Part shown: in pieces, positions 17,480-28,320 of the stretch
How positions within the stretch are numbered: position 1 is the stretch's first letter
Layout: every line of letters starts with the position of its first letter
DNA from: the human T2T-CHM13v2.0 reference genome, Homo sapiens
Assembly: GCA_009914755.4 (NCBI GenBank)
Contig: CP086569.2
Coordinates: 7,840,001-7,904,000, forward strand
DNA length: 64,000 bases
Direction: 5' to 3'
Translations under genes and position numbers: made by a program
The notes under the pieces: generated by a model
Database searches by the model: none
Told to the model about the DNA's origin: nothing
What the model saw: only the letters and a program-made list of their open reading frames with translations

Positions 17480-18560
17480 GGTAGTGGAGGAATAACAACA
17501 GTGGTCATTGTTAGAAAGGGTTCTGCAGAGTGCCCCCCTCACCACTGGGCTAATAGGTCTCAACCCCAAAGATTAACAGTGATGGGCATGATCAGTGGCT
17601 GTATAGCTGCCTTTCTTCCTTCTGAATCACAGCATGTTTGGGGGCACATGCTCTATTTGGCTGTGGGAGCTTCTCTGATGCTGACAATTTTCTGCTTCTG
17701 AGTGACCCAAGGCCAAATTTCTGGTCAGTTCTGATCATTAATGATTGAAGTGTCTGCCCCCATGTCCAATAATCCATTAAAATTCTTACTACCAATTTTT
17801 AAGGTAATCATGGTCTCTGATCAGTGATTAATTGATTCCAGTATACTCCTGTGCTCCTGTGCTTCCAGAACTTCCCTTTCCCCTTTTGTTGTCATGTGCC
17901 TTAGGGACCCAGTAGGTAAAACATTTTTTTTTTTTTTTTTTTGAGAGAGTCTCGCTCTGTCATCCAGGCTGGAGTGCAGTGGTGCAATCTTGGCTCACTG
18001 CAAGCTCAGCCTCCGGGTTCATGCCATTCTCCTCCCTCAGCCTCCTGAGTAGCTGGGACTACAGGCGCCCACCACCACGCCCAGCTAATTTTTTGTATTT
18101 TTAGTAGAAATGGTGTTTCACCATGTTAGCCAGGATGGTCTCAATCTCCTGACCTCTTGATCCAGCCACGTTGGCCTCCCAAAGTGCTGGGATTACAGGC
18201 GTGAGCCACTGTGACCAGCCCCAGTATGGTAAAATGTTTAACTAAGTTATTTTTTATCCAAGGGTAAGAATATGCAGCTTCCATCATAACCAATATCTCA
18301 CCTTGGTAATCGCTGTCAATTAACCCAGGGAGCACATTAATTCCTTTACTGGATAGGCTAGACTGCCCCAGGACTAATCCTGCTGTTCCTGGAGGCAGCA
18401 GGCCACAGATCCCAGTTGCAACCCTTTTAGGGCTTCTCCCTCTTTTAGCACTAATTTGTCCGGGCAGAGTAAATCGAGTCCTGCACTCCCAGTAGTGGCT
18501 GCTCTAAGAGAGAGGACTGTGGGCTTTCCAGCTGACTGAGGAAAGCCACTGGCATTGCCC
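17480..18560 (-). pseudogene. HERV-K-like pro ORF remnant: dUTPase domain (18222-18480) and aspartic protease (about 17540-17800), split by an Alu
   Basis: The dUTPase motif-3-like GLIDSDYQGEI lies immediately right of the Alu. The DMGAD active-site variant and the LWG*DLL motif lie left of the Alu. Confidence 0.7.
17924..18221 (-). mobile_element. Alu SINE (AluS/Y-like) inserted in the HERV-K-like pro gene, with a 15-bp TSD
   Basis: A poly-T run at 17925-17942 is followed by gagagagtctcgctctgtcatccaggctggagtgcagtgg ... gtgagccactgtgaccagcc. The TSDs are cccagtaggtaaaac (17908-17923) and cccagtatggtaaaat (18219-18234). Confidence 0.9.
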
Positions 18561-18639
18561 CATATGGGAGCAGGGCCTGGGGCTGCCCCCTCATGAAGTC
18601 TCCTGACTGATTTCCTGTGAGGTTGCCATTTTTGTCAAA

Positions 18640-19965
18640 TTTAGACCTGCATCGATTTGCCCAATGTTACCCTTTCCTACAGCTGGAACATATAGAAGAG
18701 GGTTCTTTCCCCGAGTTAGCTTGGTTTTCACTATAGGGGCATTGCCTCTTCCCATGACCTTTCACTCCACATAGAAAACAATTTCGGTTTCTCTCCCTTT
18801 TCACTTTAGGTGGCCTTAATGTCATAGCTAATATTCTGGCCTTGTTTGTCTCAGTTCCTACCAGGTGACATGCTTATATCAGCTCCCTGCTGGCAATCCA
18901 CATTAGTGTTTTCAAAAGCCAATTGCAACAATAAGATAGGAGTGGCCTAGGTGTGACTAATTTGCGTTTTAATTGCCTGAGTTAATCGATCCATAAACTC
19001 AACAAATGGCTTTTGAGGCCCTTGTCAAACATTTACAAAAGACCCCTGCTGAGCTCAGCTCTTGGGAATTCAGTCCCAAGCTCTGAGAGCACACAAAGAC
19101 ACTTGAGCATAGGCCTGGGGCTCAAAATTTAGTTGTTGTTGTACATCAGCATGAGAATACCTCCCCTGGAGCTTATCAACAGTTGTATTTTGCCTGGCTG
19201 CCTGATTCTGGTTGTCTTGTTGTTCGCACAGTTCATCATATTCTACCGTCCAGAGGAGGTATGGGCTAGTCTCCAGAGTTGCTTTAGGCAGCATTGACCA
19301 GTCCCATTGGGCCATACAGAAGTGGTCTGCTAAGGCCTCAATCATTCTTTTTGCAGATGGTCTAGTGGCTCTGTTTTCTTTAATGCTTTTTCTTAGTTCT
19401 TCGTAAGAGTGAAAGGAAACAGGTTCATGTGCTTGATGACCATGTTGGTCTTGCATTACCAGATATGCTAAAAGCTCCCCTTCTAATGCCGCTTGTTTAA
19501 GACAAGGTCCCATAGCTGAAGTATGTTTCTTGCCTTTTTTTCTACTTATAGTAAGAGGGAGGTCAGGAAAACTCTCCATTTCCTCTTTGTTATTTTGGCC
19601 CGGTAATAGTAGGACTGAGGGAAAAGGAGGTGATAAGGCAGGCGATATTTCTCCTTCCTTTTTGTTTTTAGGCTCTTCTGTGTATAAAGCCATCCTTAGT
19701 AAAGCCCATTGTGTTAAAGCTGATGCTGGGACTTGATGCCCTTGTGCATAATATTGTTTATGATTTCTCCCTACTCATTCCCAGAGTTCTATGTCTAGTG
19801 TTCCTTCTTCTGGGAACCATGGATTATATGAGACCACAGTTTATATTAATTTTTGAACCTGTGAAACAAGCTCTGCTAGCCATAAGCAACTGTTTCTATA
19901 CTTTTATATTCTGTTTCTGCTGTGCTGATAACTGTTGTCCCATAATGAAAACTCAGCTTAAACCA
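18640..19965 (-). pseudogene. HERV-K-like gag (MA/CA/NC) remnant, internally deleted
   Basis: ORF 19070-19693 (minus) aligns to HERV-K Gag CA (FSIKMLKDMKEG...HGHRLIPYDWEILAKSSLSPSQFLQFKTW...VRAICLRAWEK). An MGQ start lies near 19965. The distance from CA to dUTPase (~0.6 kb) is shorter than the ~1.3 kb expected. Confidence 0.7.
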
Positions 19966-20063
19966 ACTTTCCTCAGAAGTTGGTGACCTTGAATGTGGAC
20001 CAATGACTTACCAATTACTCACTGATTTGACCACGTGGTTCCTTTCTTCACCTTCTTTTTCAG

Positions 20064-20769
20064 GAGTCCAAGTCTTCGCTATTGTGAATAGTGCCACAAT
20101 AAACGTAAGTGTGCATGTCTCTTTATTGTATAATTATTTATAATTCTTTGGTATATGCCCAGTAATGGGGTTGCTGAGCCAAATGGTATCTCCAGTTCTA
20201 CATCCTTGAGGAATCACCACACTGTCTTCCACAATGGTTGAACTAATTTACATGCTCACTGACAGCGTAAAAGCTTCCTATTTTCCCACAAGCTCTCTAG
20301 GATTTGTTGTTTCCTGACTTTTTAATGATTGACATTCTGACTGGAGTGAGATGGTATCTCATTGTGCTTTTGATTTGCATTTCTGTAATGTGCAGTGATG
20401 AACATTCTTTCATATGTCTATTGGTTGCATAAATGTCTTCTTTTGAGTAGTGTCTGTTCATATCCTTTGCCCATTTTTTTGATGGCGTTATTTTATTCTT
20501 GTAAATTTGTTTAAGTTATTTATAGATTCTGGATATTAGCCCTTTGTCAGAAGGATAGATTGCAAAAATTTTCTGCCATTCTGAAGGTTGGCTGTGCACT
20601 CTGGCAGTTTCTTTTGCTGTACAGTAACTCTGTAGTTTAATTAGATCTCATTTGTCAATTTTGTATTTTGTTGCCATTGTTTTTGGTGTTTTGGACATGA
20701 AGTCTTTGCCCACTCCTATGTCCTGAATAGTACTGCCCAGGTTTTCTTCAAGGATTTTATTAGTCCTAG
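20064..20769 (-). mobile_element. L1 ORF2 3'-region fragment (minus), left part of an L1 fragment split by the HERV9 insertion
   Basis: agtccaagtcttcgctattgtgaatagtgccacaataaacgtaagtgtgcatg ... runs through ...cccaggttttcttcaaggattttatt. This is the reverse complement of L1 positions about 5.0-5.8 kb. The L1 3' end and poly-A are missing. Confidence 0.8.
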
Positions 20770-21541
20770 TGTGTCTGGAAATTATTCCTTCTGGTAGATT
20801 CTTGGTCTCCCTGACTTCAAGAATGAAGCCACAGACGCTCGCAGTGAGTGTTGCAGTTCTTAAAGATGATGTGTCCAGAATTTGTTCCTTCAGAGGTTCA
20901 AATGTGCCCAGAGTTTCTTCCTTCTGGTAGGTGTGTGGTCTCACTGACTTCAGGAGTGAAGTCGCAGACCTTTGCAATGAGTGTTATAGCTCTTAAAGGT
21001 GGCATGTCCAGAGTTGTTTGTTCCTCCTGGTGGGTTTGTGGCATTGCTGACTTCAGGAATAAAGCTGTGGACACTTATGGTGGGTGATACAACTCATAAA
21101 GGTAGTGCAGACCCAGAGTGAGCAGCAGCAAGATTTATTATGAAGAGTAAAAGAACAAAGCTTTCACAGCATGGAGGGGGACCTGAGCGGGTTGCCACTG
21201 CTGGGTTGGGTGGCCAGCTTTTATTCCCTTATTTGATCCTGCCCACATACTGCTGATTGATCCATTTTACAGAATGCTGATTGGTCCATTTTACAGAGTG
21301 CTGATTGGTCCACTTTACAGAGGGTTGATTGGTCCATTTCACAGAATGCTGATTGGTGCATTTACAATCCTTTAGCTAGACACAGAGTGCTGATTGGTGC
21401 GATTTTACAGAGTGTTGATTGGTGCATTTACAATCCTTTATCTAGACACAGAGCACTTGGTGCATTTACAATCCTTTAGCAAGACACAAAAGTTCTCCAA
21501 TTCCCCACCCAACCCAGAAGCTCAGCTGACTTCACCTCTCA
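20770..21541 (-). mobile_element. HERV9 3' LTR (LTR12 family), about 0.77 kb
   Basis: The plus strand starts tgtgtctggaaattattccttctgg and ends ...ctcagctgacttcacctctca. It contains the reverse complement of the R-region AATAAATCTTGCTGCTGCTCA, a TATA-like AATAAAAG box, ~40-bp U5 repeats and the U3 gctgattgg (CCAAT) tandem repeats. Confidence 0.8.
21241..21480 (-). promoter_or_regulatory. 3' LTR U3 tandem CCAAT-box repeats (about 7-8 units)
   Basis: This is the same unit family as in the 5' LTR; the copy number and the individual units differ between the two LTRs. Confidence 0.7.
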
Positions 21542-21599
21542 ACAGGACATCCCAACTGCTCTTGGGAATTGGGTGATGACCACTCTAGCTACTTCTTGT

Positions 21600-22300
21600 T
21601 GGATGGGGCATAGATGGGGCCTGCAGTTGTAATGTCCTCCAGAGGGGAACTCTTTAGGCCAGTGAAAGAGCCAGAGGGTCAGTCCAGGGGTCATCAGTAG
21701 AAGTTGTGAGTTTAGCTCATTTGGGGTTCCATTTCTAAGACCATCTGTAGCTTGATGGCCTCAATTCTAGAGGAAACAAATTTGACAAGGAGGTTAAAAA
21801 TACAGGGCCTGAAGGCAAGTAATGGCAAGATGGCTGCCATGGGACCTAGAAAGTGGAGAAGCCATGTTGCCCAACTCCAGAGGTTGGTATAAGAGTTTGA
21901 AAGGTGTTGTCTGATTTCAGAAGCCTTCTCCTGTAAATGCCAGGTGGCATCTTGTACTATTCCTGACTGCTTGGTGTAAAAACAACACTCTTCCCCCAGG
22001 TGCAGAGTCTCTTTTCTCAGCAGTGAGGAGGTCTAGGCCTCAGCAGTTTTGGAGAGTTACTGCTGCCAGAGTCTATTTGGGATTGTAGTGTAAGGATAGA
22101 TTTTGTTATTTCTTGCAAACTGTCTGAGAAATCCTTTGAGAGTGTGTGGTAGTAGGATAATTAAGTAGATTAGATAACTGGCTATTCCAGTTCCTGTAGC
22201 AGTAGCCATTCCTAACCCAATACAGAGGGGTATTAGTTGTATGGCTCTGCACTGATGGACTTGAGTTTTTGAGGGGTACTGATAGGGTCAGATTTCCTCA
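21600..22300 (-). pseudogene. HERV9 env transmembrane-subunit remnant (fusion-peptide region, CX6CC, membrane anchor, cytoplasmic tail); the SU subunit is absent
   Basis: IGLGMATATGTGIASY..., LHLGEECCFYTKQSGIV, GPMAAILPLLAFRPCIFNLLVKFVSSRIEAIKLQMVLEMEPQ align to the HERV-W Env TM (…GEECCYYVNQSGIV…GPLAAIILLLLFGPCIFNLLVNFVSSRIEAVKLQMEPK). There are stops and frameshifts. Confidence 0.7.
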
Positions 22301-22329
22301 GGATTAGAAGTTAGGATAATACGTGCTAC

Positions 22330-22930
22330 ACTGTTAACTTTTAGCAAACTTTTGTTGAAAAGTTGTAAGTTTGGGATTTCAATTACTCTATTCTATTAAT
22401 AAGACCTCTTTCAGTCCAGTCCATATTAATTTAGAATTGGTATAGATGGCTACTTCCTGATTTTGTAAGTACTTTAAGGTTTGGCTGAGTGCAAACAGCC
22501 CACATGTTTCAGCAGACCAATTATTAGGCAATTTTCCTAACTCTGCTTTACAAGAGTTTCCTTATCACTTACTGAATACCCATTGTGTCTTTTTCCCTCA
22601 GTCACCCTAGAGGAACCATCTATCATCCTGTCCTGAAGGGAGTTCATCCTAGATCTGGTTGGACATTTTTATGGTAAATAATTAAGACTTAGATCCCCTG
22701 TTAGGAAACCTGCAGGGTTAAAGATTTTTGATAGGAAGGCTATGGGTTGTCAGTGGCCTCAGGGCTTTTGGGCTATGCCCTTGTTTACATGGAAAACAAG
22801 GTGGTATTGGTGTGTTATAGGGTCATGGAGAAGACCTTCAATTATCAGTGATAGGTTTTAAATTTACACTGGCTTTTAAAGTAATAGGGCACACTGTTTT
22901 TTCTTTACTACTTCTCTCTCTTTCCCTCTT
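22330..22930 (-). pseudogene. Second, highly divergent RT-tether / RNase H N-terminal fragment, lying where integrase and env-SU are expected
   Basis: Minus-strand frames give HDPITHQYHLVFHVNKG, ...NLNPAGFLTGD... and MIDGSSRVTEGKRHNGYSVSD...SAETCGLFALSQTLKYL...QEVAIYTNSK. These hold the same motifs, in the same order, as the upstream RNase H copy (DLTVW...LNPATFLPD...YTDGSS...SAQLAEL...IYSDSKY), but the fragment is far more diverged. Confidence 0.5.
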
Positions 22931-22959
22931 TGACTCCTTCTTGGTCTCTCTCTTTCTCT

Positions 22960-24830
22960 CTTACTTTCTGTCTCTTTCTCTGTTTCCTTTCTGGTAGTCT
23001 TTCCCTGCCTCTGCCAGCCACTTGTGTTGCTGTTCTTCCCTCTCCTTCCCCTTTTGATGGCTTTGGCAGTGTAAGACTGCCACTTCCTTGGGTTTTTGCA
23101 CTGCGTGCAATAACTCCGTGATTTCCTTGTGACATTTAATGGGGTTTCCCCAGAGGTTATGAACTCCCTTTCTTTCCATATTGTAGCATGGGTATGTAGG
23201 ATTAGATAAGCATACTTACTATCTGTATATGCATTTATGCTTCTTCCTTTTCACAGTTCTAAGGCTTGGGTAAGCACCACTAGTTCTGCCAACTGGGCAC
23301 TTGGCCCTGGGGGAAGAGTCTTATTTTCAAGTACGGTTACATCACTAACTATGGCATAACCTGCTCTTCATATCCCATTTGCCACAAATGAACATACATT
23401 GGTATATAGGTTAAGGTCATAATTAGCTAAGGGGACATCTAAGAGATCCTCTCGGGCAGCATAAGTCTGAACTTATTTATCTTAGCATAATTTGTTGGCT
23501 GTCATGCTGAATTGGTTCTCCATCCTCTCAGAGAGAAGTGGCAGGGTTTAGGGCCACATGCGTACACATTTGAAGCTCCAGTTCCTCAAGGAGTAGTGCC
23601 TGGTATCTAAATAGGCAGTTGTCTGATAACCAGAAACCTCCTTTGGCACCTAGTTTGCCATTTACCTCATAAGTAATCCAGACAGTGAGATCCTTTCCTT
23701 GTAGTATTTTGATAGCCTCTCACACTAAGACAGGCACTGCCACAACTACCTGTAACCAGTGAGGCCAGTGTTTTGCTACTACATCAGTTTCCTTACTTAG
23801 GTATGCCACTGATTGTGGGGTTGCCCCATGAGTCTGAGTAAGGGCTCCAAGAGTTATTCCTCCTCTCTCTGTGATGTATAAAGAGAAGTTTTATTTTGGC
23901 TTTTTTTTTTTTTTTTTCCTGTGGGAAGGCTTAAAGCTGGAACTTGTACTATGGCCTGCTTTAAGATTTTGAAGGCTGTTTCTGGGTCTTCTTGATTAGA
24001 GTCTAGAGTGGTCTGGCCATCTTGCTGTATTCAGGGACCCATAGTCAGCAAAAGCCAGTGATGTGCAAGGAACCCTCACAACTGTTTTAATGTCTTAGGG
24101 TGAGGGTAAGCCAGTGATTAATTCCTTGCTGAGGGTCCTGGTCCCTCGGGTTAAGATTAGGCCTAGATATTTGACCTGCTGTAGGCAAAGCTGTGCCTTT
24201 GACCTAGATGCATTGTACCCTTGATTAGATAGTTCAAGGGATTTAGAGTAGTCTGCTGGCATGAGGCTTCTGAACTGTTAGCCAAAAGTAAATCATCCAC
24301 ATACTGAAAGACCAGAGTGTCTGGACTTGAAAAGTAGCCTAGATCTTGGACTAGTGCTTGAGCAAACAGATGAGGGCTATCTCTAAACCCTTGGGGCAAG
24401 ACTGTTCATGTAAGTTGGGATATGTGGTCCATAGGATCCTCAAAAGCAAATAGAAACTGGGAATCAGAATGCAGGGCAATACAGAAGAAGGCATCCTTGA
24501 GGTGCAGAACAGTGAACCATTCTGCTTCCTCTGGTATTTGAGAGAGCAGGATATAGGGGTGGGGTACAACTGGATATAGAGGAATTACTGCCTCATTGAT
24601 GAGTCTAAGATCTTGCACTACTCTCCACTGACCATTCAGTTTTTGTGCTCCTAGTATAGGGGTGTTGCAGGGACTGCTGTATTTCCTTACTAAGCCTTGA
24701 GCTTTTAAGTGTTTAACGATATCCAGTAATCCTTTATGAGCTTCAGCCCTTAAGGAATGTTGCCTTTGATAAGGAAAACTGTTGGAGTCTTTTAGCCTGA
24801 TTTGGACTGGGTGGGCATTTTTTGCCCTTC
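22960..24830 (-). pseudogene. HERV9 pol: reverse transcriptase plus RNase H, multiple frameshifts
   Basis: RT motifs are LRLINEAVIPLYP, WFTVLHLKDAFFCI, FAFEDP and QGFRDSPHLFAQALVQDL...QYVDDLLLA. The tether region reads KDLTVWITYEVNGKLGAKGGFWLSDN...ALNPAT. RNase H reads YTN..AGYAIVSD...SAQLAELVVLTQALEL...YTDSKYAYLILH...AVQKPKEVAVLHCQSHQKGKERE. An A20 run at 23896-23915 interrupts the RT. Confidence 0.8.
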
Positions 24831-24834
24831 CAAA

Positions 24835-25260
24835 TTATCCTTCCAATGCCCAGACTTTAGTGTTGATTCCCTCAAGTAACTTGTTCCCCATATTTATGTA
24901 GATAATTATTTCAGCTTTGGCTAATATATCCCTCCCTAATAAGGGTGTGGGAATTTCAGGCATAACAAGAAAGGCATGTGAAAAGAGTACAGTCTCCCAA
25001 TTACAAATGTGGAGGTGGGAGAAATACCTGGGTACAGGCTGTCCCAGGATTCCTCGAATGGTAATGGACATTGAGGACAGGAGACTAACACCTGCCCAGG
25101 TGTTAATCTGTCCAGGACAGGAGATTAACACCAAGAAAGCCAAGCCAGTGTCCAGGAGGAAGTCAATTTCCTGACCCTTAATGGTTAAATGTACCCAGGG
25201 ATCAGTGAGAGTGATGACATGAGCTGGCACTTGCCCCAGGCACCCTCAGTCCTGTTGTTG
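24835..25260 (-). pseudogene. HERV9 protease (DTG-type aspartic protease)
   Basis: ORF 24835-25230 (minus) reads VHLTIKGQEIDFLLDTGLAFLVLISCPGQ...ITIRGILGQPVPRYFSHLHICNWETVLFSHAFLVMPEIPTPLLGRDILAKA, a near-colinear match to HERV-W Pro. Confidence 0.8.
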
Positions 25261-25289
25261 GATTGTCTGGTTGGGGGCTTCTGACACAG

Positions 25290-27350
25290 AGAAACTTTGT
25301 CCTCTGGGGCAGTGTGTCTTCCAATGATTGCCTTGGCATAGTGGACATGGGCAAGGCAGCAGCTTATTTCTTGTTGTACAATCTTTTTTAAAGTGTCCTT
25401 GTAAACCACACTGATAACAAGCCTTACTGGGTTATTGTTCTGCTCTATTTTCTGTCCTCTCTGAACCACCATGGCTTGTTTGCCTGAGGGCCATGACTAA
25501 GGCTGTGGTCTTTTTCTCATCTCACTTTTCCTTTTTGGCCTGTTCCTCTTGGTCCCTATTATAGAACACCAAGATTTTCAGGTTTAATAATGCCTCCAGA
25601 TTTTGTTCAGTGCCCAGGGCTCACTTTTGGAGCTTTCTCCCAATATCTGTGGTGGATTGGGTAATAAGCTTATCTTTTAGGATCAGTTGACCCTCAAGGG
25701 AGTTGGGTGACAGGGGAGTATATTTTCTTAAGGCCTCCTGTAACCACTCAAGGAAGGCAGAAGGATTTTCTTCCTTTCCCTGAGTTATGATGGATATCAT
25801 TTAATAATTAATGGGCTTTTTCCTCATTCTCCCTAGTCCTTCTAGAGCATTGGTCAACAGATGTTTACTACTCCTATCACCATGATCTGAGTCTAGATCC
25901 CAGTGGTGATCCACACTAGGGATTGCTTGTTGACCAGTAGGGAATTTATCCCTTTCTTCAGCTGTCATTCTGTCATTTACTTCACTAAGATACCCAGTAT
26001 CTCCAAACTCTCAGGCTGCAGCTAAAGCAACATTATTTTCATTAAAGGCCAGGGTTTTGTCTAACAATAGCATGACATCTCTGCAAGTGAGATTGAAGGT
26101 GTGCCCTAGACCATGTAGGAAATCTGTTTACCTATGAGGATCATCTTAAAACTTCCCCAGGTGTGCCTTGATGTGCTTTAAATCAGAGAGGGAAAGGGGG
26201 ACATTCCCCTCCCCCTACAGCTTGAAGGGGATATAACTGATAGCCCAGGGATTTTTGTGGTCCTTTGGGGATTTCTCTGCTTGTTTCCTTCTGGGTGGGG
26301 GAGATTAGAGGAGACATCATTAAAAGGAAGGGGAGCCATAGGGAGTCTAGGATATGGGGGTAAGCTAAAAGGCCTTCCTTTGGGATATAAATTGCAAGTT
26401 TTGCATATTTTTGGATTCTCCTTCAATGAAAAGAAAGTTTGAACATAAGTTATTTCACTCTATTGCCTTCCCTCTTAACAGAAAAGTCAAGCTGCAGGAT
26501 AGTATTGTAATTTATACTTCCCTCAGGTGGCCATTTTTCCCCATCAGAGAGAGAATATTGGGGTCAAGCCATAGTGCAGAAAAAGATGAGCCATCTCTTT
26601 TTCAGGGTTTGTGGGACAAATTGATCACAATGGCTTAGGATGCATTTCAAGGATGAGCCTGTTGATGCCTGAGTGTTTCCCATCTGAAAGACAAAACCAC
26701 TCATGGTTTTGGTTTATTCATTTCTCTCCCTGCCCAATAACCTGCAATGGTCCCTGGACCCTGCTGATCAGAATAGTTGCACTCACTGATGCAGCAGCAG
26801 AAATGCCTCCTGCCCAAGTACCCACAATGGCCCCTGCACCCTGCTGATAGGAAAAGTTGTGCTCAGTGACGTAGCAGCAGAAATACTAGTTTTCCTCCTA
26901 GACCACAAGGAGGAATGAGGAATGTCAGATTTAGTGGCCCTTACTGATGCATTCTCAAAAAACCTGTTAGAGTCCTAAGGACTCTCCTGTTAATATTGGG
27001 ACCTTACCACTCTCCTATAAAGACGTTATGCCCCAAAAATGAAGTGGAGGGCCATACGCTGAGGGAGGGAAGGCATTTCCAGGCTTGGAAGAGTGATAAC
27101 TTTTGTCTTCACTTGAATGGGAAGGATATCATTTCTGAGGCTCCCCTTCTCCTAGCTTTAGGAAAAGCTTTTGTTGGGCCTGCTTATCTGAGAAAGGATC
27201 CTAAAATTCCAGATAGTCCCCCCTACAATGGGGCTTTGGGCAAAAATTATGTCTTTCTAATTGGTGGGCCCAGTGCCTAAGAAGGCAATAGTGTCCTGGA
27301 GTTTATACTAGAAATCATTCTTATAGGAGAAACTATAAAAGCACCAGAAA
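25290..27350 (-). pseudogene. HERV9 gag remnant (MA with PPYP late-domain-like motif, CA, degenerate NC zinc knuckle)
   Basis: Minus-strand frames resemble HERV-W Gag MA (KDIIFAQSP..., EKGSLRNDILPIQ). ORF 26178-26426 contains PPYPRLP. ORF 25185-25472 carries a degenerate CX2CX4HX4C region. There are many stops and frameshifts. Confidence 0.6.
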
Positions 27351-27829
27351 CAGGGAGTGGTTTTTAGAAGCATGACTAGCCTCAGAGAAGAGAGGTGAGA
27401 GGAAGTTCATCTGACAGGCATTAGGACACAGGAGGCAAGGGTCAGGATAGATAGGATAGACAGGCAAGTCTCACTTGGGCAATGTAACTTCAAGAGTTCC
27501 ACTCATGGCTACAGGGTCAACCAATTTATTGTCGGACCCTCCAGCTGAATGGCTTTCCTCTCTGTTGACCCTCAGCTTAGCCTAGAAGTACAGGAAGAGT
27601 GCAAGCTGATTCCAGGCAAACCAACGCTCCCAGCTCCGAAGAGTCTGCGGTTGTTAGAGAGCCCTTTCCCAGAAAGGGCTGACACCTGTGTATTTAGTCC
27701 AGCAGCTGTGCTAGTCACTTTTAACTGGCCAACAATTTCCTGGTATTTAGCCCCCGAATTCTAAGGAAAAATAGGACAATAGCAAGGGAAAGGGGTCCAA
27801 TGGGACTTACCGATTGGTGAGAGTCAATA

Positions 27830-27847
27830 ATCCCTTTGTGGTTGCCA
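27830..27847 (-). other. Primer-binding site, tRNA-Arg-like (TGGCAACCACAAAGGGAT), 3 nt inside the 5' LTR edge
   Basis: The reverse complement of the plus strand atccctttgtggttgcca resembles the HERV9/HERV-W tRNA-Arg PBS TGGCGACCACGAAGGGAC with CpG-decay substitutions. Confidence 0.6.
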
Positions 27848-28216
27848 AAATGTGTCCAGAATTTATTCCTTCTGGTGTGTTCTTGATCTCAGTGACTTCA
27901 AGAATGAAGCTGTGGACCCCCGCACTGAATGTTACAGCTTTTAATGATGATGTATCCAGAGTTTGTTCCTTAAGTTGTTCAGATGTGTCTGGAGTTTCTT
28001 CCTTTCAGTGGGTTCATGGTCTCACTGGCTTCAGAATTGATGCCTCAGACCTTAGCAGTGAGTGTTACAGCTCTTAAAAGTGGTGCATCAGGAGTTGTTT
28101 TTTTGTCCTGGTGGGTTTGTGGTCTCACTGACTTCAGGAATGAAGTTGCGGAACCTCACAGTGAGTGTTACAGCTCATAAAGGTAGTGCAGACCCAAAGA
28201 TTGAGCAGCAGCAAGA

Positions 28217-28222
28217 TTTATT
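28217..28222 (-). terminator. LTR R-region polyadenylation signal AATAAA (5' LTR copy; the 3' LTR copy at 21134-21139 is the one that would be used)
   Basis: The plus strand caagatttattgtg is the reverse complement of CACAATAAATCTTGCTGCTGCTCA. Confidence 0.5.
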
Positions 28223-28299
28223 GTGAACAGTGAAAGAACAAAGTTTCCACAGCATGGAAGGGGACCTGAGCAGGTTGCCGCTGCCGGCTTGGTTGGCTA

Positions 28300-28308
28300 G
28301 TTTTATTC
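28300..28308 (-). promoter_or_regulatory. TATA-like box (AATAAAA) of the 5' LTR U3 promoter
   Basis: The plus strand ttttattcc is the reverse complement of gGAATAAAAc. It lies between the U3 repeats and the R region, as in ERV9 LTRs. Confidence 0.5.
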
Positions 28309-28320
28309 CCTTATTTCGCC

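Larger units (their letters stand above)
16500..20060 (-). mobile_element. Class II (betaretrovirus-like, HERV-K/HML-like) ERV internal fragment: leader, gag, pro with dUTPase, partial RT; no LTRs seen
   Basis: Minus-strand translations match HERV-K proteins in several places. Gag: MGQQLSAQQKQ..., WFPEEGTLDIELWE, ...SPYLLWTVEYDELCEQQ...VSLCALRAWD. Two NC zinc knuckles: CFLCGVKGHGKRQCP and CSSCRKG*HWANRCRSKFDKNG. dUTPase: TGICGLLPPGTAGLVLGQSSLSSKGINVLPGLIDSDYQGEILVM. Protease: LLDMGADTSII ... [37 protein letters not shown] ... [12 protein letters not shown] ... [18 protein letters not shown]. The left boundary is uncertain. Confidence 0.75.

Noticed and set aside
20770-21541. Possibility that the LTR12 blocks are plus-strand LTRs (implying inverted genes) or an SVA element
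   Set aside because: The order of the reverse-complemented motifs (U3 CCAAT repeats, then GAATAAAA, then AATAAATCTTGCTGCTGCTCA R region, then U5 repeats, then the PBS) and the minus-strand gag-pro-pol-env all agree on minus orientation. There are no SVA hexamer or VNTR/SINE-R parts.
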